DNA of 64,000 bases from Mizuhopecten yessoensis (taxonomy: Eukaryota): NCBI RefSeq assembly GCF_002113885.1, contig NW_018403519.1, positions 364,242 to 428,241 of the forward strand, in the 5' to 3' direction. How positions within the stretch are numbered: the first letter of the stretch is position 1; every line of letters begins with the position of its first letter. Position numbers and translations under genes: made by a program. The notes under the pieces are model-generated. The model made no database searches and was not told where the DNA came from. It worked only from the letters and a program-made list of their open reading frames with translations. Below are positions 1 to 11,119 of the stretch, piece after piece.

Positions 1-2593
1 TTATGCATGTACAGTACACTGTGTAAGACACTGTTACTATGTGGGAAGTAGTAAATAAGTACACATATACAGTGCACTGTGTGAGACACTGTTACAGTAC
101 TATGTGGGAGGTATACATGATACGATATATGACGTCATTGCTGAAATACTTAACTACGCATCTCAGCTTGAATGGAAATTCAATGCCACTTCCCCATTCC
201 AGGACAGTAATGAATCCCTTGTATGACGTGTCCCAACATATTTCTCATCCTTAGATCATTAAGTATACAGTCCTCGGAGTTCACTCGCTTGGTGATTTCT
301 GTTTTCTGTTATTTTAAATTCGTATCAACTTTAAATGTTGATTTCGGCCTGTTGTGGTAACAAATTCCTGAAGTTGGCTTTCCCTTTGTTGTGGTGTCTC
401 CCCACCCAGTTCAAAGTGTTGTCTGTCCTTTCGTTTTGGCGTCTATTCGATTTCATATCGATTTTAAGTTTTAATCTTATCCGCTTGTGGAGGGACGCTG
501 TGATATATTTTTTCTGCTTTTTGTAAGCATATGTACAGACAGCTAACCTAGATCCATATCACAGATTTACAAAACAGTGAAAAATTGATCGTTTTTTAAC
601 AAACTTAAGGACAACACAAGACGAACTTTTTTTATTAGCATTCTTTATTTAGGGAAAAGGATTTCATTCGTGTAACAACAGTGATTAATCTCATTGCTTT
701 TTGGCAAATTAAATATCTTTAAAATATAATTATTCTTAACCGACCTATTTTATAAGTGTTACGGTCATGTCATAAATATGGTAATACACACGTGTAATAA
801 AACCTAAAGGTGCTGCGATTGGTCTAAACCGTGGGAACATATTCCTACACCACTGCAAGTACTTCTTTTTTATTCACTTTACCACATGATTACTTTACTG
901 CTATTTTAAATGAATTGGAAATGGGTTTTTTGTCATTATTATTTTCCTTGTGTTTAAAACTGTTCATTATTTAAAAAAACACATCAACATGACATGGACA
1001 CTCATGTAAGATCCTATATTTATTCATTGATCGAAAGTCCCTTCGGAGGTTAAGCTAATATAAAAGTCCAATAATTTCATCTTCAAGCTAACGAATTAGT
1101 CTAAACTTTGTCTTACAACTGACATAGTGTAACATTATCATAATCAAGCGTATGAATTGTAGGTGGAAAGTACTGATCTAAATAGGTTTATAATGTACAC
1201 CACGTGCTAGTGTGTACTACATAATAACATATAAAGATGTAGTCCATAATGATATCACAGGACAAAGGTGTTCAGAATGTAAAATAAAAGTAGATACATA
1301 AGGACTAAGTATTTCTGTAATACTATCACATTTCATAAATAGTTTTATATACGGTAACGATAACTACCAACAGAACAATTGAATTATATCAGATCACATG
1401 ATTTAACAAAAATACGCTCATAATAAACAAAACGATTTTTGTTTTAAATTACATCACAGCACCTAAATTGTAAATATAAAACATAAACACAGTTATTGTA
1501 AAATAAGTATGAAACTGATGTATAGTCAATGCATATGTAAATGTTTAACATAAATATGGTAATTATACTATATTAACAATGATGATTAAGTAGAAAGCAC
1601 ATGTTTCTACAAAATTAACCAAACCGTCAAAACACATATGGACGTATTGCTATGGTTACTCTTAACAGTTAGGATAAAAAACATAGTCAAAGTACACCTA
1701 GGTAAGCAGTTATAATAAATCTAACAGCTTTGTTGGCGTTATAATTTTTTAATATCGAGAGACATACAAAACATATCTGGTAAATAGAAAATAAATATTT
1801 TTAAATTATATCTTCCACAATAAATATGGCACGAAAATACGAAATAGAGAATGTTTTCATCAGCTTGAACACATCATTAAAGAAATAGCTTTACGTCTAG
1901 AACATAATTGTATAGAGTAAAATCAACCATATTAACACCTCAAATTATCTTTAACAACAACCGTAACGAAATGCAGAATAAAACATATACACCGGGCGAT
2001 ATATCCAATACCGTAAATACCAGTAGGTCAAGACTGTAATATAAGATGAAACCAGCAAATCCTGATAAACAAATAAATCGAATACCTCTTAGCATTAATA
2101 ACAGAAGATCAAGACTGATATTTAACATAAACATATCGCGCGACAACTATAGTTCGCTGTACTTTACTGTTTCATTTCGCCAAAGTGTAATGAATGTCAG
2201 TGGTATAACTAATCGTAATTATTCTCTAAACAAGAATGTTTTTGGCAAGTAGTTCGAAATTTTGTTACTCTCTCATTTTTTTCTGAATGACTTATATTTA
2301 AATAAGATGATAAAATATTAAACAACGGTCCCAGTAATATCTATCATTTAATTAATTCCCAAACACAATATATTTCTTGGTTGTTAATGTTCCATCTACG
2401 ACAGAATATCTCGTTAAACGTGTGTAGCTTTCGATGACCTGATGATCCGTTGTACATTCAAGGTCAGCTGTGATCCTCTGCATTTCGATCTGACGATGAA
2501 TGTGTTTCGCATTGCTCACATGTTCAATTCTGCTGTAGGTAATGCTCACTTGTGCACGTTTTTGAGCTGAGTGTTGCTCGATCGCACAATTGC

Positions 2594-5527
2594 TTACGAT
2601 ATGATAGCCTTGACCGTGCCTCTGATGTAAGTCCGACAAACTGGACACTTCCGTAAGGCCGAGGCACACATGGGACACGTGACCAAATGTCCACAAGGCA
2701 GGAACACAATACTAGCCTCCTCGTCGAGACACACCTTACATATCTTTTGTTCGCGAAGTTCTTGATTTTCCTCTGTAAGCTCATCAATACCTGTTAAACA
2801 AACAAAACATTAAGTTAAGGAAACTATCACTACAAATTCCTAAACATTCCCGTTTTCATTTAATCGAAATGGAGATGGCTTCATCGATGAAGTCCCATAG
2901 TTGGATATCGTTCCGAGACCGTGTTCAGATATTTACCAAACGTAAACTGTATGGTTATGGTAGCAGATGCTTATCATAGAATGCCAGCTTTATTTTACTG
3001 CAGATTCACATTGATGATGTTCTATGTAATAGTCTGTAACCACGTAAAGAGTTTTTAGTATTGTAGATTACAATTTGTTCACACAGTCGTAACATTAAGT
3101 CTTCCATGAGAAATCCTAAAGTACCTTTTTATGAAATTTCTATATATTGTTTAATTACCTTTCTTCGTGAGTTCAGTATCTTCACTTGTACTTTCACATT
3201 CCCTTTCCTCTTGATTATGATCGGCCTGTTTGGTTTCTGTAATGTCGTCTTCTGGGATGACATCCATGTCATCATTTTCCTCTATTTCCCAGACGATAGG
3301 CAAAAGCTTCTCAGCACACAAATCCGTGCCTGTAAAATGAACCAATGATAATAAACATATATTCATCAATTCTTTTTAAGAAATATATGGGTTAAGTGTT
3401 ATTCAAATTGACATTCAGATATTTTTTTCTTCCAAAAATCACATAATTATGTAATATGTCTCATGTTTAAAGTATTGTTTTTAAAATATTAAGGTTAAAA
3501 TATCAAATTATTACATTTTATTTACGTAATATTGAAAATACATATGAGAATAATCATCATTTATTTAACAACAATATTGACATAAATAGTTGTACAGAAG
3601 GTATGCATACCGTGACGTTTCCTGTACGCTGTAATCGCCTTTGTCAGAATGGCTTTATTGTAGCCCAGTTCCATGACGCTGAGTACAGCTGGATGTTCAA
3701 ACATGTCGATCTCTTGTCTGGACTCATCGCGCTACAAACAAAATAACATAATGAGTAATAAGACACTATTTGACAAGTATGCACTACAGGTTTGCAAAAA
3801 TGTTTGTTATCAAACATTCATGAACTGTTCGTGAAAACAGCAAGCTAGAAATTAGACATCATTCAAAATAAATCAAATTCTAATATACAGGATGCAATGG
3901 ACTTAACAATATCCTGAACAATGAACTGTGAGGGCCCCTAATTTGCACACGGTCCTTGCTTATTTCTAAAACAGCCATTATAACTGAAGCTTGCTAGAAA
4001 TATATGTTCGTAATATAATTAATTTAAACGTAAATATAATTATGTACATGTTCATTTAAATATATTGTTTTATTTGCCTTCTAATTACTTTGTAAAGACA
4101 TGCATTGCACTGTACTGCCTTAAGCTGATATAATTATTCAAAGCAGCTTTGTTATAACTCGGTACAACCGTTAATGTCTATATATTTACCTGTACATCAG
4201 GTGGTTTGATTGTTCCAGACTGGACACCCATTATGTACTTGTCGCCCTTGATCAGTTTCATGAACGGACAAAAAGGGAACCAGCGCGCATGCTCATAAAA
4301 AGGATCATCTTCCGGGTCCCATTCACGTAATCCGCCTGCGCAGTGGAAGCATCTCACGTAGTCGTTTGTTCCTATGTGTCCATACAAAAAGGAAAATCAG
4401 TAACAATATTGGAAATCAAAAGATCTAAACTTCATAGAGTTTGGAATACATAATTCATCACCTAGAAATGCATAATAATGGAGTCAGTGTGATTTATCCT
4501 TCCCGAAGGAATTGATATTACCTATATATTCGATAATTTTTACATTGAAGTAAACAATTCAAGGTTTTCCGATAGTATCCTTACCTTCATAAAAGAGACC
4601 AGCTTTAGCCAAGTCCTCGGGACGTTGTTTGAGATGCTTTGGCCAGTGTCTATATGAGTTAAGACGGGTGGCGAGTACAGAGAACTGCTCATACTTCGGT
4701 GAGACTGTCTCTAGTGTTCCAGTCGAAGTTTCGTTGGTCCTAGTATGACTAATAGAATCATGACTTGTATTATACATGTTTCCTCTGCCACTTTGATCAC
4801 GTGATTCTACTGTCTGTGTCTCGTCTGAAGGAGCTGTATCTTCTGGACTTGAAACGTGCTCAGCCTGGTGTTGTTCTAGTTGCGTTTCCTTGTCATACAT
4901 TGATTTGGCGATACGAGATTGTGCCGGTGCATTTGCCATATTTTCCTCCTTCATAGAATTGTCTGGTTTATTTTGACCTGCATCTTCACCACTTTGGTTT
5001 TGGATCTTAACAGAAGATTCTAACTCGTTTGTAGGTTTCAGTATTTCTTTGGTGGCTTCTGTTAGGTTTGAATCCTGAAATCCTATGTCAGCCGGATATT
5101 TATTGGTATTTGAGTGTTGCTGCATCTTGTCCTCAGTTCCTCGTTCTACTGACGTGTCGTTTGCTCCACCACATGCACCGGACATCAGTGCTTTCTCAGA
5201 GTTGTCTCCGTCAATACCAGCTTCAGATTCACTTGTTTGAAAGAATGGACAATTGGGAGATTTCTTCAGATGTATACATTTGGGATCATTCCCCTTTTGC
5301 CATCCACTGTACCTGAGTCCACACTGACGACACACTACCTCATCATTTTGTCCTTCGTAATGAAAGCCTGCCTCTGCCAGCACAAATGCACCTACTTCAG
5401 ATGGATAAGGGTATGAATAGAAACTTGCCAGACGTGACTGGTCGGCCATCTTTGATTTCATAGATTCGTTTCCTAATGATTGATTTTGGAACAAATAACA
5501 CCCTTCAACAGGCGGATTTATCGTCAT
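2594..5527 (-). CDS. IAP paralog 1 (BIR-BIR-UBA-RING, BIRC2/3/7-like E3 ligase), about 537 aa, 5 coding exons
   Basis: Hand-spliced complement(join(2594..2790,3159..3329,3611..3731,4190..4371,4585..5527)) = 1614 nt, all introns GT-AG. BIR1 is CRQC-x16-H-x6-C; BIR2 is [28 protein letters not shown]; the UBA-like exon reads [12 protein letters not shown]; the C3HC4 RING reads [35 protein letters not shown] and ends AIIS*. Confidence 0.93.
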
Positions 5528-5954
5528 GTTTTCTGAAAATAAATATAAGTAAATTGTAAATCTTTATTAACTGTAGCGTGCTAAACAAATCAGTTAATCG
5601 CTTACATTATGACTTAATTTTGAGATTACTTACATAGCCATCCATAAAAGATATACTTTCCTCTCAATGGAGAAAACATTTGAGCTCAATCCATCTTAAA
5701 TGGGAATGACGTCACAGGGCAAAAACAATTAGATGACATCATGACGCGGCAAGTTTGACGTCATTTTAATTGATTTTGCTAAAATCACAATTTTCCATGT
5801 CAACTATTGTATCCGCAATTATTGCCGAGTCGTTTATAGACCAAAGAAAGTATTAACCTAATTGTATTGTGCTCTTTTCAGTGGTATAGATGTTTTTCAT
5901 AAATTAGTTCATCATTCAAGTTGATATTTTGCCACAAGATGGCAGCTACACAAC

Positions 5955-6168
5955 ATAACATAACTATTGTATGATAGAAATGTCCTACTTTCGGGTATAA
6001 CAAAACTGTTGTATGATAGAAATGTCCTACTCTCGGGTATAACAAAACTATTGTATGATAGAAATGTCCTACTCTCGGGTATAACATAACTACTGTATGA
6101 TAGAAATGTCCTACCCTCGGGTATAACATAACTATTGTATGATAGAAATGTCCTACTCTCGGGTATAC
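5955..6168. repeat. 42-bp minisatellite, about 5 copies
   Basis: ATAACTATTGTATGATAGAAATGTCCTACTCTCGGGTATAAC with period 42. Confidence 0.95.
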
Positions 6169-6940
6169 AATTTGAGTTCAAAAACCTTGGTAAGCCTCGG
6201 TTATCGCCCATATTCTATACGCTTCGGTTGGATATTTCTATCATATATATACAATCCAGTAACACTTATAAAAATACTGCAAATTCTTTTGTCTGTACTT
6301 TCGTTATTTTTTCAATGCTCGTATATATATTTAAGAACTATGTTTCCAGCCAATATTGGTTTGTTCGGATCAAGTGTCAATACGTGGATCATACTGTCGT
6401 TTTTACTTATGAGATCTATATACTATTATTGCATACACAACAAAGTTATATAATTTCATTCGTCTACTGTATGTAGATACCTACTCTTAATGTTTTATTG
6501 GTAAACATTGCACTGTGTTATGCAATCCAATGGGCATTATACCGCTGCAATAATACCGATGTAAAATGGTTCACTATGGTTATATTTGTAAAAGTAGAAT
6601 TTTTCCCGATGTGGCAATACTCACTAGTTTCGCATATTGAGTATAGAAAATATCCACATGCAAATGTGTATTTATAGAACATATTAATTATATATATTAA
6701 AAACAATGTCGTGGCGATAATTTTGCACACCGAGATGTATTTTTCATTCCCACTCGCACAAAATTCTGCTTTTACAGGTTGCTGGTCAAGTTTATATTTG
6801 AAAGAACTTGCGGTGCTCATTATACAATATGTTAACCACGATTTATGTTCGGAAACGGTTCAAAAGAGCAAGAAAATGTATTATTTGATCAACAATTCGG
6901 TCGTGCGATTCAATACAAGTAGGCTAAACTGCAAACTTAC

Positions 6941-7079
6941 CTTGTACCTCTCAAATACCCTATAGATTAAGGTTATCACATTGAATGGTTTACACGAGTG
7001 AAGTCCATGGTGATGGATCGATGATATGATTTTAACATTATTGGTTGATCCACCCATCATGGTTTTATTGCGTATTATC
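6941..7079 (-). other. Putative 5' UTR exon of paralog 1
   Basis: tttacag acceptor at 7080-7081 and AAG|gtaagt donor at 6941/6940. No transcript evidence. Confidence 0.5.
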
Positions 7080-7313
7080 CTGTAAATTTAAGTGCAAACT
7101 TTATATGAGGTATTGTAAACAATATGTACAAGTCATAAATTATGATAGCGTATGTTTAAAACACGATAATAAGAAATAAATAGGAACAGTTCTTCAAGAA
7201 AACTTTTTGTTCAATTTGGAATATAAAATAGCTAAATTTTATTTTATACACAAACAATATATATGTACACGTAAAAAACGTATGACTCGGTGAGTGATTT
7301 GCAATGTTTACAT

Positions 7314-7397
7314 CATCCTCGATATCCAGGGGTTACGCTCACTTTCGCTCTCTACGGGCAGTAGTGAAGTGAGCGTAACCCCTGGATATCGAGGATG
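7314..7397. mobile_element. 84-bp MITE with 31-bp perfect TIRs and a 9-bp TSD (Mutator-like signature)
   Basis: TIRs at 7314-7344 and 7367-7397; TGTTTACAT is duplicated at 7305-7313 and 7398-7406. Confidence 0.9.
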
Positions 7398-7599
7398 TGT
7401 TTACATGTAAACGATGTGACTAATCTGTTTGACCCACTAGGCTGCACCCAACAAATAACATATTCGACACAGATCTAGAGTGTAAACATTTTATATCGAT
7501 AGCCGAAACGTCCGTTCGTCTAGTGACATTTAAAGTTTACAACAATACAAATCAGTCACACAGTCATAGCTTGACAAAGAGACCAGTCGGTCTAGACCC

Positions 7600-7667
7600 T
7601 CTGGCCCTAACACCAGACTTAGACATGTTGACATCAATCCGGCAACATGTCTGGTGTCTGGGCCAGA
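7600..7667. repeat. Imperfect inverted repeat (hairpin)
   Basis: TCTGGCCC..ACACCAGAC..ATGTTG pairs with CAACATGTCTGGTGTCTGGGCCAGA. Confidence 0.7.
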
Positions 7668-8061
7668 TGAAAGTCGCACTACTGTCGGTCTTGCAATGTT
7701 GAGACACGGAATTAGCTATCTAAGTCCGTGGTTGAGACACGTTTTATTGTTTGTGTATAAAGTTGCACTTTGATAGAAGAAAGATAAGCGTTTATTTTTA
7801 CCAAACTATAATGACTTTGTAATAAAAAAGAAAACAGAATTTGCACTTGAAAGTAGTATTTGAGAGAGGATTAACGCTATTGCAGTGTGTCCTAACGTTA
7901 ACATTAGTTATATATTATCGCACTTTTTACCAGCACCAGTCATAGAATACTATACACATAGGAAATATCTATTTTATAGTTCAGACCCAATGGTTATATT
8001 TATCATACTGAGCGTATTACAAAATATTTAAAACTAGACTATAAAGAAAAGAAAAACTTAC

Positions 8062-8250
8062 AGTGTCTGTATGAAGTAACCTGGAAATTTTGCTAGTAGT
8101 TTACCGAGTCTCGGTTTTTATACACGGATTCTAAATATAGCCAATTGTTAAGAGTTCCGGTATCCTCTAGATTGTACTGGCTTTAATATATATATAGATT
8201 GGCAGTCCCCACTAATGACGTAAACAATCATGTGACCATGAGTCAGGGTT
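8062..8250 (-). promoter_or_regulatory. Candidate promoter and first exon of paralog 1
   Basis: gtaagt donor at 8061-8056, TATA-like run at about 8184-8196, CCAAT at about 8198-8202, TGACGTAA at 8216-8223 and AP-1 TGAGTCA at 8239-8245. Confidence 0.45.
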
Positions 8251-8849
8251 CACTGTACCTCAGACCCGTGCAGCACTACACGTATTGGTTCCTATTCATA
8301 GTTCATGTTACAAAAATAGTCGCTCCGGATTTGGTTTTATATTTATTTGATCCTTTTGGTATTTTGGGATGGACGATGAAAAGAAAAAAAGATTCTTTAA
8401 TGCAGTTAGAGAGGAAACGATACGGTAACTATTGCTTAATTTGATGTATGATGTATTTGGTTATCTGTCGGGAACGCGTACTGTTTATTTACCTCGCCGC
8501 ATGCAGATTGCTCCGTAGGCACTACGTGGATTAGCACACTATTTGTTTGTTTAGATTCATATGTAATGTTTCTATGATAAACATGTTATCTATCAATGCA
8601 AATAGGTTAAGTTGACATTAATAAGTAAAGAATATATGTGTCTTTAAGTGAGTAATTGACTAATACAGTATAACTGAACAGTGTATAATTGGGCGAGTGG
8701 TCTCGTATCAAAATATGTGTGCATTGTATAGGGGACGAGTTGTCTCAATGTAAACAATATGACACAAAGATGTATTATTTCACTGAAATTTTTTATTTCA
8801 ATTGTAAGAACTTTATCAGAACTTTGTAATGTCTATTGTTTAAATAATG

Positions 8850-9412
8850 GCACTTTCATATCATAAAAGAATGTCTTTGTGACATATTCAGACAAGAATG
8901 TTTTGAAAAAATATCCAATCTTCTCCTAAAGGAGCATTGTATCAACATGTGTAATTTTGGTCACCAGTACTATTTATCAAAACCTGTAAATATAAATTAT
9001 TTAAAACAAATATGTAAAATTCGAATGTCTGCACATAAGTTAAATATTGAGTGTGGCAGATATAATAGAACTGAAAGACAAAACAGATTGTGGACAGTAT
9101 GTGACCTGAATGATGTGGAGGATGAGTTCCATTTTATTTTAAAATGTCTATAAGGTTGAAACTAATTAAGAAATATTATGTAAGACATACAAGCATGTAA
9201 GAATGTATCCGACATTAGAAATCTGGGCAAATTTTTAATACACGCAAACAGGAGATCTGAGCTGATTGCTGGTTAGTGTTCACTCTCCACGGTATGTGTG
9301 TGTGTATGTGTGTGTGTATCATATTGTATGTTGTCTCTGTATTGTTTTGTATATATGTTATAACTGAGAAGTCAACCGACTTAAAGCTATAAAGAACTAG
9401 AACTAGAACTAG
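8850..9412 (+). mobile_element. 3' end of a 5'-truncated LINE (ORF2 C-terminus, 3' UTR, (GAACTA)n tail)
   Basis: KIRMSAHKLNIECGRY...VCDLNDVEDEFHFILKC is a typical LINE ORF2 C-terminal motif. The 3' UTR recurs inverted at about 18425-18660. Confidence 0.8.
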
Positions 9413-9583
9413 AAATTGATCACATTCAATCTTTCCTCCATAAATGAATTGGCGTCGTTTGTCATGACTGAGATGCTGCACTTGGAGTTTGGGATCTACA
9501 ACACGTAAGTATGCTATGAATTATCGTTCTTTCAGGGATGTATTTACTTTCTCGGAACTTTATATTGTGGAACGTCGTCAATA

Positions 9584-10115
9584 CACGGAAGCAGTAAAAA
9601 CGTTTCGACATATTACAGTATTTCATTTTCATGTTGTGTTTTTTTATATATGACGTCAACTAATATAAATATAACACAACAACAAATGATAATTGTATTC
9701 ATATAGATTACATTGCATTCATAAATGTGAAAAGGGTGTTTATTATACAAATAGAGTAATCACGGAAGCAGTAAAAACGTTTCGACATATTACAGTATTT
9801 CATTTTCATGTTGTGTTTTTTTATATATGACGTCAACTAATATAAATATAACACAACAACAAATGATAATTGTATTCATATAGATTACATTGCATTCATA
9901 AATGTGAAAAGGGTGTTTATTATACAAATAGAGTAATCACGGAAGCAGTAAAAACGTTTCGACATATTACAGTATTTCATTTTCATGTTGTGTTTTTTTA
10001 TATATGACGTCAACTAATATAAATATAACACAACAACAAATGATAATTGTATTCATATAGATTACATTGCATTCATAAATGTGAAAAGGGTGTTTATTAT
10101 ACAAATAGAGTAATT
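9584..10115. repeat. 177-bp tandem repeat, 3 near-identical copies
   Basis: Units start at 9584, 9761 and 9938; each contains TGACGTCA. Confidence 0.95.
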
Positions 10116-10684
10116 CCTTCGATTACACCTCCATTAGTATGCCTAAAAAGCACTACGTATAACTTTTTTCAATTCACCGACTATATGTCCCTCTGTCATG
10201 ACGAACCGATTGATCAAAGAAACAAGTAAATTACATGTAGCCTCAAACCCAAAAAGCATAGGGCATTTGGTCTAAACTACACAATGTATACACAATGGGT
10301 CAGTTCAAGTGCGGTACCTGTGGGAAACGGCCTTTGTCACATACACAAACATAGTAGCATCCCGAACTTCAAAGAAATGTTGCAAAGACAATCCGTAATG
10401 GCTGTATTAATGTTGTACTTGCTTTTGAAATATGTGTTTTTATTTTATCTTGTCACTTATCTCTTGATGGGATTCAATTATTCAGTTACCAAAATGAAAA
10501 TTAAAGATTTATTTCTTTCACTCCGACAAACCAAAAGGCCCACTACTAAGTTTAATAACAAATAAAAGGTTACATATAAAATACATGTCACAACATTACA
10601 GACTAAATACAAAGACTTTTTAAATAATCACACATAAATACATGGTATATAAAATAACATTGGACTACGTGAAATGGTTGAAAC

Positions 10685-11119
10685 ATCTTATATTTGCTGG
10701 TAAATGTATCACTTGATGCAATATCTTTTATCTAATACACCTAAATTACCCTGGCTTCGCCACCAGTTCATGATGTTTTCCTTTTAGTTTTGGTATACCC
10801 CCGGTTCCAAGTCATTGAAAGTGTTGTTAATATTTGTGAAAAAGTTTATTATGACGTCATTTCGTTGATGTCCCAAGTAGTTGCTTTATTATGATGTCCC
10901 AATCGAACTAAATCTGAAGGGTTACAAAATGGGCAAAATTACTTCAAGAATTGCTCTATGAGTTTTTATTTGATACATCATTACCTTGATATCAGCGTAA
11001 ATTGTATTTAGATCGTTTGTTCCTGTTTAAGTGTGTGAATAGTATGTTCGACTGTCCATATCTTATAAAGAAATCAATGTAATGGTTCCAGACAGGTTTG
11101 TAAGGTCAATCTGCGTAGT
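10685..11119 (-). repeat. About 435-bp inverted copy of 15926..16376
   Basis: Reverse-complement match can be followed over the whole length, with scattered substitutions. Confidence 0.93.

Noticed and set aside
1-1000. Possible upstream region of a fifth IAP paralog to the left of the window
   Set aside because: Only a short resemblance (CAGC..TAACCTAGATC at about 540 versus 35085), too weak to support.
2352-2787. Alternative-frame ORFs over the RING exons (also near 27015, 40430 and 40509)
   Set aside because: Shadow frames of the real RING exon.
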